This document shows positions 9,571 to 19,580 of a stretch of 64,000 bases of DNA, piece by piece. Location: positions 6,105-70,104 of the forward strand of contig JAFGMK010000024.1 in the NCBI GenBank assembly GCA_016927565.1. Direction: 5' to 3'. Below the pieces are notes generated by a model. It was not told the DNA's origin and did no database searches. It worked only from the letters and a program-made list of their open reading frames with translations. The translations under genes were made by a program, and so were the position numbers. Within the stretch, counting starts at the first letter, position 1. Every line of letters starts with the position of its first letter. Origin of the DNA: Minisyncoccota bacterium. Its GTDB lineage: Bacteria > Patescibacteriota > Microgenomatia > PFEM01 > JAFGMK01.

Positions 9571-10941
9571 CTAAGAATTGGCAGCGATAAATTTATAGCC
9601 TCTTCCCCTCAAAGTCACAATTCTACTCGCCGAGCCAACCTTAATCAGTCTCTTTCTTAGCTTACTAATTAACTGATCAATCGCCCAATCAGAATATTTA
9701 TCATACGAATCCTCTCCCCAAAGCACCTCGCCTAAGTTATCTCTTGTTTTTAAAACGCCCGGAGCTTTTAGAAAGAACATTAAAACATTGTATTCCTGAG
9801 TAGTGAATTTCTCTTCAACCGGCTGGCCCCGAAAAAGAATAGCCCCTCGCTCGGGACTGTAAGTTAAGTCCTGCGACGAGCCGGCTGTCATCACCACCTC
9901 TTTCTTACCTAGACAGACTTGCTCAAAAACCTCTCCATAGAGCCGCCATCGGCCATCCTCGGCTTTATAAATCAAACCAAGCTTACTTAAGAGATGATTC
10001 TCCAGGGAGGTTTCTTCTTCAACCCTATCCCCAGCAGCAATCCTTCTCAAAAGCGATCTTGCCTCATCAGAAAGCACTTCTAGAACACCCCCAGAAACCG
10101 CATTCAGCTCATAATGAGCCAAAATTTGTTTTTTAAGTTTGTCCAAGCCTACCTTTTTTCCATTAAACAGGGCAATTGTCCGAGCCGCCACCACAATCGA
10201 ATAAGGATGAGGCCCGCAACTCGCCTTGATCAAATTCTTTTCTTTGTCAGAAAACTTTCTCTTAAAACGAGAGGTAATCCTATCGATTAAATAATCAATC
10301 TCTTTTCTAAAAATCGGGATGTATAAAACATTCTGCAATAAAAGCTCATTAAGATCCTTATACCGGGCAATTTTATCCAAGTCGACAATCTCCTCCCGAT
10401 TTAAAAAAACAAAGTGAACTAACGGGGCAAATTTAAGCCATAGAAATTTTAAATTGTTATAAAAAACTCCATCAGCAAAGTCTAATTCATCAAACTCCCC
10501 CAGAAAAAAAACAATCTCTAAACCGCAATCAGCCACTTTTTTTACCAGTTCATTTACTTTTGACAGAAGCCGAGCGTAACTTAACTTATCTCCTTCAAAA
10601 ACTTTTAGATCCTTCTCAGAAATTACCCCACGGCACTCTTCTCTCGTCAGACAGGCATCAACCAAGCTTTTTCCAACTAACCTAAAATATCCCCGAGCCG
10701 ACTCTTCAATTAATTCTAACGGCTCAATATAAACCAATAAATAATCATTAAAATTAGAAATAATTTTAGGAAAAAGATTAATATTTTCGATAACAAATTT
10801 TGTCACAACTCTCCGGCCTGCCATTGGCACCCAAATCATTGTTACGCTTTCGCCTCTTTTAATCGGTTCGAAAACTAACTTGACTAAATCCTCAATCGTT
10901 TCTTTGCCCAGCGGGTAAAAAAACTTAGACTGCTGAACCAT
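9571..10941 (-). CDS. putative regulator: N-terminal ATPase-like domain fused to a C-terminal OmpR/PhoB-type winged-helix DNA-binding domain
   Basis: The C-terminus (TTQEYNVLMFFLKAPGVLKTRDNLGEVLWG...IDQLISKLRKRL...IVTLRGRGYKF) matches the OmpR trans_reg_C pattern (W-x-G ... TVRG.GY). The N-terminal part has a Walker-B-like IVFFLGEFDELD but no clean P-loop. Confidence 0.55.
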   Translation of the reverse strand: MVQQSKFFYPLGKETIEDLVKLVFEPIKRGESVTMIWVPMAGRRVVTKFVIENINLFPKIISNFNDYLLVYIEPLELIEESARGYFRLVGKSLVDACLTREECRGVISEKDLKVFEGDKLSYARLLSKVNELVKKVADCGLEIVFFLGEFDELDFADGVFYNNLKFLWLKFAPLVHFVFLNREEIVDLDKIARYKDLNELLLQNVLYIPIFRKEIDYLIDRITSRFKRKFSDKEKNLIKASCGPHPYSIVVAARTIALFNGKKVGLDKLKKQILAHYELNAVSGGVLEVLSDEARSLLRRIAAGDRVEEETSLENHLLSKLGLIYKAEDGRWRLYGEVFEQVCLGKKEVVMTAGSSQDLTYSPERGAILFRGQPVEEKFTTQEYNVLMFFLKAPGVLKTRDNLGEVLWGEDSYDKYSDWAIDQLISKLRKRLIKVGSASRIVTLRGRGYKFIAANS

Positions 10942-11644
10942 GCTCTATCTCTCCAGTCAGATAAAAATCAGAATTCACTCAGATAATATCAAACATTTTT
11001 TTAAAATGCAATGAGAAAAAAATAGTCTTATAACAATAATTTTGAGGATCCTTAAGTAAGCCATTTTTTTTGATTTAAACCAAGTGTAAAACTGGGTTTC
11101 CTAAAAAAGCCCAAAAGATGAACCGGCTTATAACCATAAAACCCGCTTATTCTTATCTGAGTTTTAACCTTTAACTTTTTAGTTCGCCTTTGACAATCTC
11201 GGCACAGAAAGAGAACTTTTAGATCACAGAAAAAACTGTACTTTCGATATACCGGAATAACCTTAAAAGACTCTCGGAAATTAGTGAGTCGGCCTGCTGC
11301 CGTTATTCTACAAATCGCCCCCCAGGCAATCTTTTGCCAAAAGGCTACTGGCCAGTCTTAAATCACCTTCCCCCTTTTTTTCTCTCTCCTCAGCTCCTTC
11401 AAATTCCACAAAAACAATCAATGACAGAATTTAGCTAAAGCTTCTGCCGAGCCCAAGTCTACTCCAGAACCTTCCGGAACAGGATCACTTTTAATCCCTC
11501 AATATAAATGAAGCGCTTTTGGTTATCAGTCACCAAAAAGGACTCCCCTGGTCAAGGCCACCCTTTCACCCAACTCCGGCAATCTCTCTAGCTTCTTTAA
11601 TCGATAACGTCGTGTAATTCATACTTAAATAGTATTTAGAAAGT

Positions 11645-11938
11645 TCAAACTTTGTTAAAGTTAACGTTTTTTTTCAACTCCTTCAGCTTCCACATAAAGA
11701 GCCGGCCCCGGGATTTAACCTTATCCGCCCCTTTAACAAAATTTAAAGCCTCCTCAAGCAAACCGCGGGGAGTTTCCTTAGCCAATTTAATATAAAGCGC
11801 TTTATGTTTAAGATCATTCAAGGCCTCAGCTAAACGATAACCATAATCCTGAAATTCCTTAGAAATGTACTTTTTTTTATCCCAATCAAAATCCTTTAAG
11901 ATATCATTCAGAGAAAACATGCCTTTTTTAGAGCTCAT
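11645..11938 (-). CDS. hypothetical small basic protein (97 aa)
   Basis: ORF only. Lys-rich. No motif recognised. Confidence 0.35.
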   Translation of the reverse strand: MSSKKGMFSLNDILKDFDWDKKKYISKEFQDYGYRLAEALNDLKHKALYIKLAKETPRGLLEEALNFVKGADKVKSRGRLFMWKLKELKKNVNFNKV

Positions 11939-11995
11939 ACGTAACTCTCAATTGATCTAATTAACTTGAATTAAATCAAGTCAATCCTTAAAGTT

Positions 11996-13225
11996 TTACC
12001 TTCCCAAAATTCTCCTTTTAACCTTCTGCCACCAGGGTTCTTCCTCCTGAGATATAATCAAGCCCCGCATTAAAACCCCGACAACTCCAAGCGCAAAAAT
12101 CCAGAACCAAGCCACTTCAAAAAGAAAGAGCAAGCTTAAAAGCAGACAAGCCAGCATTCCGAAAAAATGAATTATAAACTCTCTTTCCACCATAAACTCC
12201 AACCGCCGCATTTCCCGGGCTTTCTCATAAAAAGCGCTATCAAACGGCGTCGTCACCAAACCGGCAGTAAAATCATAAACCGAATCAACCAGGAATAAAC
12301 CAAAAGGATTAGACAGAAAAGCTCTTAGCAAGATATTAAAACTATTAATCAGCGTTCCTAAATAAAGAATTGACTTACCCTTTTTGTCAATCCATCGGCC
12401 CACAAACCAAAACAGAGCCACCGAAACCAGGGCGGCCAATGATTTGATCAATCCTAAAGTTTCATAGCTCTCAACCAGTAAAAAAATAAATAAGGGCCAA
12501 GCCAAACCCAAAACCGCCGTTTCCAGTTCTCCCCCCGCAAACGAAAGCCAAAACCGACTCCGGTCCTTCCTGAATAAATGACCTTTTATTTTTTTGAAAG
12601 ACAACCTCATTCCTTTGGCATTAATCGTGTCAAAAAAAAGCGGCAAACCGGAAATGGCTATCAAAACTAAAGCAAGGGCGAAAAGAGGCCGGAAACCCAG
12701 AGAAGCAATGATTACTCCTCCGGCCAAAGGACCGGCCAGACCAGTGATTTTGTTAACAATCTGCAACTGAGAAACCTCCCGCCCGTATTTACCGTCCATA
12801 TTTTCAGCAATGGTAAAGGCATAATGAAAAGGCAGCCAGGTTGCCGTCACCGTCAAGCCCCAAAGAAAAGTTGCCGGCCACAAAAAAACAGGCTGAGCTT
12901 CAGCTTGAAGGAAAAGGAAAATAAAACCGGCGCGTGCCAGGCTACCCAAAAAACTCAACCAGTCAATCCCCCATTTTCTCACCAGCCAGGCAACCGGATA
13001 ATCGGAAACAATCACCCAAAAATGATAAAGGGCAAAAAAAAGAAAAACATAAACAATATGGCCGGTCAATTTTAAAATATAGAGAGGAATAAAAAGACCG
13101 ATCAGACTCATTCCCAGAGAGCGGAAAGCGCTGCTCAAATAAAGACCGGCATATCCGCTCAGACAAGGCCTACTCCTAAAAAAATCCAAACTGAAACCGT
13201 TGATTTTTTCGGGATAATAAGACAT
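11996..13225 (-). CDS. multi-pass membrane transporter, MFS-like
   Basis: About 12 predicted hydrophobic helices with a central cytoplasmic loop rich in basic residues. Assigned from topology, not from a signature motif. Confidence 0.5.
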   Translation of the reverse strand: MSYYPEKINGFSLDFFRSRPCLSGYAGLYLSSAFRSLGMSLIGLFIPLYILKLTGHIVYVFLFFALYHFWVIVSDYPVAWLVRKWGIDWLSFLGSLARAGFIFLFLQAEAQPVFLWPATFLWGLTVTATWLPFHYAFTIAENMDGKYGREVSQLQIVNKITGLAGPLAGGVIIASLGFRPLFALALVLIAISGLPLFFDTINAKGMRLSFKKIKGHLFRKDRSRFWLSFAGGELETAVLGLAWPLFIFLLVESYETLGLIKSLAALVSVALFWFVGRWIDKKGKSILYLGTLINSFNILLRAFLSNPFGLFLVDSVYDFTAGLVTTPFDSAFYEKAREMRRLEFMVEREFIIHFFGMLACLLLSLLFLFEVAWFWIFALGVVGVLMRGLIISQEEEPWWQKVKRRILGR

Positions 13226-13304
13226 AGAAAAAATTCAAAACGTCAAGAATAAAACGCAAATCCGAAAGTGGAATCCAGCTGTTATCCGGCTTTGAATATC
13301 AAGC

Positions 13305-13904
13305 TTAATTAAATTGATTCATGGCTGATTCAACCCCCCCCTCCAAAGCCAATTGAACCGCCCCCGCTGCCGTTTTGATCAGCCGTCTTAACTCGTCCTG
13401 CTCTGTGATTAAAAAATCGCTCAAGACAAAAGCGGTCATTTCGTCATGGGAATCATATTTGATAGCCGTCTTTCCCCCTCCTTTGACGGAACCGGCACGG
13501 TAACGGCCAATTCCCAAACGGAAACGGACAAAATCAATCGTTTTCAAGTGATCAATCACTGATAAAACGCCTTTATGACCAGCCGAACCGCGGCTTCTGA
13601 CAATCCTGATTCTCCCCAAGGGCAAATCGACATCATCGTGTAAAAGATAAAAATCTTCAGCTTTAACCCGGTAAAACTCGGCCAGCTTTTTCACCGCCAA
13701 ACCTGACTCATTCATGAAGACTGCCGGCTTAACCAGGATTGCTTCCTGATCAGGCAAAAAAGAAACAGAACACGAAAACTTTTTTTTAATTCTGAAAGAA
13801 ACCCGTTTTTGCCGAGCCAATCGGTCAAGCACCATAAAACCCAAGTTGTGGCGGGACCGCTCATATTTTCTGCCCGGGTTGCCGAGACCGACAATAAGTT
13901 TCAT
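13305..13904 (-). CDS. pth: peptidyl-tRNA hydrolase
   Basis: MKLIVGLGNPGRKYERSRHNLGFMVLDRLA is the canonical Pth N-terminus; 199 aa. Confidence 0.9.
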   Translation of the reverse strand: MKLIVGLGNPGRKYERSRHNLGFMVLDRLARQKRVSFRIKKKFSCSVSFLPDQEAILVKPAVFMNESGLAVKKLAEFYRVKAEDFYLLHDDVDLPLGRIRIVRSRGSAGHKGVLSVIDHLKTIDFVRFRLGIGRYRAGSVKGGGKTAIKYDSHDEMTAFVLSDFLITEQDELRRLIKTAAGAVQLALEGGVESAMNQFN

Positions 13905-14101
13905 AATTCGACTGACAATAAATAATTGTAAATTTTATACTGCAATTTTGGAATTTGCCTTTTAGATTTTAATTTTACAAAATCCTCCGGCAACAACTAT
14001 TAATAATCAGTTTAAAAGGACCTCTCCGACCGATACCGATCTCAAGCAGTTTCCCTCTTAACCGATTCTGCTTTGTCGCCCTCGGGATTTTTATTTGGCG
14101 C

Positions 14102-14467
14102 CTATTTTATTTTCCCCAACTGCTTCTCGGCAAAATCGCCAATTACCGGCAATTTGAATTTCTCTCCCTGATAGGCCTTATAAATTAAAACCAGCCAAAG
14201 GACAAAGCTAACAATGCCCAGAATTGGCGTCAGCAACCATCCCAGAAAGGGAAATATTGCAATAATTGTCAGAGCTCCAAAAACCAAAATCGATTGCATC
14301 GCATGGAAACGAACATAGGCATCTTTTTCCAGGATTAAAAACAAAATACCCGTTGCCCAGCCAAGGGCGTAGGAAAGAGCGGCTGTCGTATTCTTAGGCA
14401 AGCCGGTCCCTTTTTTCAATTTTTGTTTTTCTTCTTCAGCCATAATCTCACCTCCCCTCATTATCAA
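14102..14467 (-). CDS. small membrane protein, DUF4870-like
   Basis: LSYALGWATGILFL, then two more TM helices; 121 aa. A Met 8 codons inside the ORF (MAEEEK) could be the true start. Confidence 0.45.
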   Translation of the reverse strand: MIMRGGEIMAEEEKQKLKKGTGLPKNTTAALSYALGWATGILFLILEKDAYVRFHAMQSILVFGALTIIAIFPFLGWLLTPILGIVSFVLWLVLIYKAYQGEKFKLPVIGDFAEKQLGKIK

Positions 14468-14517
14468 TCTTTAAGAAAATAAGTCCTGACTAAAATTAAC
14501 ATTAGCAGGCAAAAGAA

Positions 14518-15876
14518 TCAACCGGAGAAAAGGCTCATTTGTTTTCTCCCCAAAGCTGTTTTTTTTGCCTCACTCCAAATTTTGACCTTGCCGAATTCGC
14601 CGTCAAAACCGGGATCAATAAAAACCTCTCCTTCGCGCACTTTTTTAATACCCATCGCTATTTTTTCCCCGCTTGTTCCGGCAATTTCTTTCACCGGTAT
14701 TTTTAAAAGAACATCCAGCTCATTGTCAAAATCAGCGATTAAACGCTCGTACTCTCTTTGGACAACCTGGCTGGCAATGCCGCTCTCCAAAACCTCCGCC
14801 AGAATCTCCGGCAAGGGAACCATCATTACATAGGGCGGGCGGCTGCCCCCCCTGATCCAATTCAGTCCGGTTTTGCCTATCGCTTTCCGATCCATATCCA
14901 TCTGATCCTGGTCAGCTAATTGCCGAACCCGATCCATCACCCCTACCGTTAACTTCCGGCCGCAAACCGGACAGATCACGCCCCGCCTTTTTGTTTCCTC
15001 GGGTGGTTGTTTAATACCACAATGTCGATGGCCAGTCCAATGGTATTTACCTTCCTGGGGGTAAAATTCAACCGTATAACCAATCTCAAATCGTCCCGCC
15101 GGATTATTTCTAATTGCCCCGGCAATATCAGAATATGTGAGCCGGGAAAGAGGAAATGATCCCTGCTTGCCGTCGTGCGCATTGATTATTGCAGATCGCG
15201 TTTTAAAAACCGTTACCTCTCTGCCCAATTTAGTCAAACTATGAGCATCAGAAAAAGAAAGTATGGCCCGATTCTTTAATTCTCCTACCGGCCAGTTCAT
15301 TGCCGGATCAGATGACAAGCCTGTTTCGATGCCGTAAATATATTGAGCCGAACTGCCAAAACACTCCCGGATCGAATCAAAACCAGACCTGGAACCATAA
15401 AGAGAGAACCAGGGCGTCCAGATATGACAGGGAATCACCAGGCAGCTCTTATCAATCGCCAAGACCAAATCAACTAAGTTCTGGGCCGACAAGCCGACAA
15501 TTGGCCGACCGTCACTTGATAAGTTCGCCCCCTGCTTCTTCAAAACTTTAATAATTTTTTCAGCAGTTTGAAAACCGGGAACCAAAACCAGATTATGAAT
15601 TCGCCGGGTTCTGCCTCCCTGAGAATAAATACTGGCAATTTCAGTAGCTAAAAGAAAAAGAATCTCAGGCTCTTGATCAAAGCTAAAAAGACCTCCCTCT
15701 GCAGGTTTCAAATTCTCTTTAAGTTCTTTCAACCACGAAGGATGAGTCCAGTCAGCCGTTCCCACCAGATCAATTCCTTTTCTTTTTGCCCAAAAAGCAA
15801 TTTCCGGAACTATCATTTTCGGCGATACCGCGCGGGAATAACGACTATGTAGGTGCAAATCAGCTACTAACTCCAT
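14518..15876 (-). CDS. endonuclease Q-like PHP-domain nuclease with zinc ribbon
   Basis: DLHLHSRYSRAVS, PCHIWTPWFSLY, SDAHS, CPVCGRKLTVGVMDRV and RPPYVMMVPLPEILA align block-for-block with Pyrococcus EndoQ (DLHIHSHYSKAVS / PAHAFTPWTSLY / SDAHS / CPKCGG..GVRDRI / RPPYVRLAPLAEIIA). Confidence 0.8.
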   Translation of the reverse strand: MELVADLHLHSRYSRAVSPKMIVPEIAFWAKRKGIDLVGTADWTHPSWLKELKENLKPAEGGLFSFDQEPEILFLLATEIASIYSQGGRTRRIHNLVLVPGFQTAEKIIKVLKKQGANLSSDGRPIVGLSAQNLVDLVLAIDKSCLVIPCHIWTPWFSLYGSRSGFDSIRECFGSSAQYIYGIETGLSSDPAMNWPVGELKNRAILSFSDAHSLTKLGREVTVFKTRSAIINAHDGKQGSFPLSRLTYSDIAGAIRNNPAGRFEIGYTVEFYPQEGKYHWTGHRHCGIKQPPEETKRRGVICPVCGRKLTVGVMDRVRQLADQDQMDMDRKAIGKTGLNWIRGGSRPPYVMMVPLPEILAEVLESGIASQVVQREYERLIADFDNELDVLLKIPVKEIAGTSGEKIAMGIKKVREGEVFIDPGFDGEFGKVKIWSEAKKTALGRKQMSLFSG

Positions 15877-15884
15877 CTTCTTAC

Positions 15885-16868
15885 TTACGGATGAGCCAGT
15901 TCAAACAAAACTATCGCCAGATAGAAACCAATCAAAAAAGCCCCCTCCCACCGCTCCAATTTCCTTTTAGTCCTGACAAAAAAGTAAAAAAGGCCAAAAA
16001 CCACCACATAAGCCATTGTCGCCAAAAGATAGTCCCCGAAAGCCCGAACCCGAAAAGGAGCAATTAACGCCGTCGTCCCAATCACCAAAGTTCCATTGGC
16101 AACTATTGAACCCAGAAGATCGCCCAATGCCATTTGCGGCTTCTGAGCCTTAATCGCTTTAATTTCAAAAACCAGCTCCGGCAAAGAAGTCCCCACCGCC
16201 ACAATAATCAAACCAATCAAAAGAACCGGCAAATTAAGCTCAAGCGCCAAAGTCTTAGCTGTTTTAACCAACATATCAGCTGAAAAAAGCAAAAGAGCCG
16301 CCCCAAAAAAGATCCAGGCAATTTCTTTCACCTGCCGGGTTGAAGGACCAACTTTTAACCGCCGAAGAATCTTTCTCACCCAACCCTGCTTCTTCCCTCT
16401 TCCTTCTGCTACCTGACTGACCCTTTCTGACAAAACAGAAAAATTATAAAAGCCATAAAGAATCAGCAGAATTATCCCGTCAATTCGGGAAAGCTTCCGG
16501 TCAAATAGCAAAAGCATCGGCGCCGACCCGGCCAAAAAAGCGTAAAAAACATCCCTTTTTAAAAAAAGCCCCTCGATTGACAAGCCTCCTCCTAACACCG
16601 CCGCCCCTCCGATAACCAGAGAAAGATCAGCGATATTAGAACCAATCACATTCCCTAAAGAAAGCGCCGGCGTCCCTTCTAAAGCACTGCTGATCCCAAT
16701 AAAAAGTTCAGGCAAGCTTGTTGCCAAAGCCAGAATGAAAGCAGTAATAAAGAATTCACCTAACCAGGTCGATTCAGCCAGCTTCTTTAAATTAATAATC
16801 AAAATATCCGTCGCTTTGATTAAAAAGAAGCAAAAAACAAAGATTAAAAAAACATTAAGCAAGATCAT
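15885..16868 (-). CDS. Ca2+/Na+ antiporter (CaCA family, YrbG-like)
   Basis: Two alpha-repeat motifs, GNVIGSNIADLSLVIG and GDLLGSIVANGTLVIG; 10 TM topology. Confidence 0.8.
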   Translation of the reverse strand: MILLNVFLIFVFCFFLIKATDILIINLKKLAESTWLGEFFITAFILALATSLPELFIGISSALEGTPALSLGNVIGSNIADLSLVIGGAAVLGGGLSIEGLFLKRDVFYAFLAGSAPMLLLFDRKLSRIDGIILLILYGFYNFSVLSERVSQVAEGRGKKQGWVRKILRRLKVGPSTRQVKEIAWIFFGAALLLFSADMLVKTAKTLALELNLPVLLIGLIIVAVGTSLPELVFEIKAIKAQKPQMALGDLLGSIVANGTLVIGTTALIAPFRVRAFGDYLLATMAYVVVFGLFYFFVRTKRKLERWEGAFLIGFYLAIVLFELAHP

Positions 16869-16877
16869 TAAAGTCCA

Positions 16878-19424
16878 TTATATTTTTTTATTCCGACTAA
16901 TAAAGACCCATTTAACCAGCTCTATCCCCGCCGTATTAACTAAACCCAAAGCCAAAACAATCAGCCAAAAAAACCAGCCCATTTCCTGAGTTTTCAAAAT
17001 CGTCGCCAAAAACGGATGATAAATACCAGCCAAAAGAAGGATAAATCCAATCAGGACCGAAACAATCAGAAAAGAGTTTGAAAAAAGGTTTTCCTGCCAA
17101 AGATTCTGTCTCAGAGTTTTACAGGAAAAGACATAAAAGAGCGAGTTAATTGCTAAGCCGGCAAAAATCACCGTTCTTATCAAATCCATCTCTAAACCCG
17201 TCTTCAAAAGAAGCAGATAAACTCCGAAAAGTAAAAGATCGGTCACCAGACCGATAATAAAAACAATCGTTTTAATTTCCTGATCGAGAATCGGCGCTTT
17301 TTTTAACCGCGGCGGATCTCTCATCAGTTCCGGATCGTTCGGCTCAAAAGCCAAAGCCAGACCCGGCAAGCCATCTTCAACCAGGTTAACCCACAAAATC
17401 TGCGCCGGTAAAAGCGGAGTCGGCAGACCCAAAAGAAGGCTTCCGCCGATTAATATCACTTCGGTAAAACTATCCGCCAGGAGATATAAAACTACTTTTT
17501 TTATGTTTTCAAAAATCCCCCGGCCTTCTTCCACCGCCGCCACAATTGTTTTAAAATTCGAATCCAGCAAAACCATATCTGCCGTTTCCTTAGCCACTTC
17601 CGAAGCCTCGCCGACAACCACTCCGATATCAGCTTTCTTTAAAGCCAGCGCATCGTTCACACCATCTCCCATCATTGCTACTGAATGGCCCTGATCCTGA
17701 AGAACCTCAACAATTTTAATTTTTTGTTCCGGAGTAGTTCGGGCAAAAAGAACCGTTTCTTCCACTCTTTTATTCAGTTCCTCGGCGGAAATCCCTTCCA
17801 GTTCCCAACCTTCCATAATTTGACCGGTCTTAAGGCGGCTACCGGAAACTTTAAGTTTATCAAGAACCGCCACCGCTGTATGACGATAATCGCCGGTAAT
17901 TACCTTCACCCTAATCCCCGCCTGCCGGCAAAGCCTCAAACTTTCCTCCACTTCCGCCCGCACCGGATCCTCAAATAATAAAAAACCCAGCCATTTTAAA
18001 TTCAGTTTCTGCCAATTGCCATTAAGCCGGCCGTCATATTTCCCGAAGCCATGTTTTAATCGGGAAAAGCCGGTTTTTAACTTGTTTAAACCGCCTGCCG
18101 TCCAGGCAAAGGCAACCACCCGCAGGCCTTTTTTGGTCACTTTATCCAACCTGCTCCGCCAGATTTTTTTTTGTTCCGAGGTCAAAGTTGACAATTCCAT
18201 TACCATCTCCGGCGCCCCTGAGAGAAAAAATTCTCCCCCCTTTTGGTCGGCTGAACCGACTAAAACCGCAATAAATTTTTTTTGCGAAGAGAAAGGCATT
18301 TCTGCCAGACGGGGGTGGCGACGAATCAGACCCTCCACTTCGGCAAGTTCATTTCTTGCCCAAGCCATCATTGCCAACTCCAAAGGATTAGTCATATTAT
18401 TAGCCAAAACTGCCGCTTTTAAAATTTTCTCTCTGGTTTCCTTATTTCCGTCATCATCAGTTTGACAACCGATAACCTTCATCTTCCCTTCAGTCAAAGT
18501 ACCAGTTTTATCCGCGGCGATGACATCAACCGAACCCAGAGTTTCAGCCGCCAGCAATTTTCTGACTAATCCTTTTCTTTTTAAAATGCGTCCCATTCCC
18601 AGAGTTAGAATTACAGTCAGAGAAACCGCCAAGCCTTCAGGAATCGCCGCCACCGCTACCGCTACTGAAAGGGTAAACATCTCGATAAAACCTCTTCCCG
18701 TCCAAATTCCTTCTAAAAAAATAATCAAACAAATCAGGGAAAAAATAATCGCCAAAACCTTTGAAAGCTGGCTTATTTGTTTTTTAAGGGGCGTTTCTTC
18801 AGCTACCGTTTGGCTCAGCTTAGTTGCAATCCGGCCCACTCTGGTTTCCGCCCCTGTTTTAACTGCCAGCATTTTCCCCCGGCCCGAAGCTACCACTGTC
18901 CCCATAAAAACATCGGCCTTGTTCTTCTTTAAAACCGGCTTGCTTTCGCCGGTTAAAATCGCCTCATTGCTATGAAAGTCAACCGCCTCAATCAGCCGGC
19001 CGTCGGCCGGAATCTTGTCACCCGTCAAAAGAACAACTAAATCACCGGGAACGATTCTCTCAACCTCGATTTGAACTTCTTTGCCCTCCCTGATTACCCG
19101 CGCTTGCGGAACTAAAATTTCTTTCAAAGCCAGGAGCGATTTTTCCGCTTTGTACTCCTGAATAAAACCAAGCACCGTATTAATCCCTACGGCTAAAAAA
19201 ATAACGATTGAATCGGTCCACTCTTTCAAAAAGAGAGTAACCAGTCCTGCCAGAAACAGAATGTAGATTAGGGGTGATTTAAACTGGGCCAAAAACAGCT
19301 TTGGCCAAAAAAGCTCTTCTTTTCGATTGATTTCATTGGGTCCAAACTTCAAAAGTCTTTTTTCCGATTCCGAAGAGGTTAAACCGAACTCGGGATTCCG
19401 ATCTGTCTTTTTAGTCTTAACCAT
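16878..19424 (-). CDS. P-type cation-transporting ATPase (type IIA, Ca2+-ATPase-like)
   Basis: DKTGTLT phosphorylation motif, TGES, MMGDGVNDALALKKADIGVVVG hinge, and TM segments at both ends; 848 aa. Confidence 0.9.
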   Translation of the reverse strand: MVKTKKTDRNPEFGLTSSESEKRLLKFGPNEINRKEELFWPKLFLAQFKSPLIYILFLAGLVTLFLKEWTDSIVIFLAVGINTVLGFIQEYKAEKSLLALKEILVPQARVIREGKEVQIEVERIVPGDLVVLLTGDKIPADGRLIEAVDFHSNEAILTGESKPVLKKNKADVFMGTVVASGRGKMLAVKTGAETRVGRIATKLSQTVAEETPLKKQISQLSKVLAIIFSLICLIIFLEGIWTGRGFIEMFTLSVAVAVAAIPEGLAVSLTVILTLGMGRILKRKGLVRKLLAAETLGSVDVIAADKTGTLTEGKMKVIGCQTDDDGNKETREKILKAAVLANNMTNPLELAMMAWARNELAEVEGLIRRHPRLAEMPFSSQKKFIAVLVGSADQKGGEFFLSGAPEMVMELSTLTSEQKKIWRSRLDKVTKKGLRVVAFAWTAGGLNKLKTGFSRLKHGFGKYDGRLNGNWQKLNLKWLGFLLFEDPVRAEVEESLRLCRQAGIRVKVITGDYRHTAVAVLDKLKVSGSRLKTGQIMEGWELEGISAEELNKRVEETVLFARTTPEQKIKIVEVLQDQGHSVAMMGDGVNDALALKKADIGVVVGEASEVAKETADMVLLDSNFKTIVAAVEEGRGIFENIKKVVLYLLADSFTEVILIGGSLLLGLPTPLLPAQILWVNLVEDGLPGLALAFEPNDPELMRDPPRLKKAPILDQEIKTIVFIIGLVTDLLLFGVYLLLLKTGLEMDLIRTVIFAGLAINSLFYVFSCKTLRQNLWQENLFSNSFLIVSVLIGFILLLAGIYHPFLATILKTQEMGWFFWLIVLALGLVNTAGIELVKWVFISRNKKI

Positions 19425-19580
19425 TCGGGTGAAATTAAAAAATAACTATTTTCAGTATACCCAATCAGCCTCAAGAAAAACAGCCCAAACCCAAATCAGT
19501 ATTTATCTAAACCAGCCAAAATTATCCACTGAAACTCCACAACTGTTTGGATTTAACGGACAAACTTTATCCCAAAAAAA

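Noticed and set aside
11300-11470. tmRNA-like fragments in the same gap: GGGGGGCGATTTG resembling the tmRNA 5' end, and gcagaagctttagctaaa resembling a tag-peptide end.
   Set aside because: Their order and orientation are inconsistent with a one-piece tmRNA. There is no tRNA-like 3' end (GGTTCGANTCC...CCA) nearby and no in-frame ...ALAA-stop reading frame.
11560-11592. A 13-nt match (GGGTGAAAGGGTG on the minus strand) to the bacterial RNase P RNA P10-P12 junction sequence, within the 700-bp ORF-free gap.
   Set aside because: The universally conserved continuation CGGUAAGAGCGCACC is absent. No GGAAAGUCCGGGC (P4 5' strand) lies at the expected distance upstream; that position is occupied by the 97-aa ORF. 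The only ACAGAACCCGGCUUA-like sequence (agatgaaccggcttat, about 11117) is on the opposite strand. The motif is also a low-complexity near-repeat, so I treat it as coincidental.
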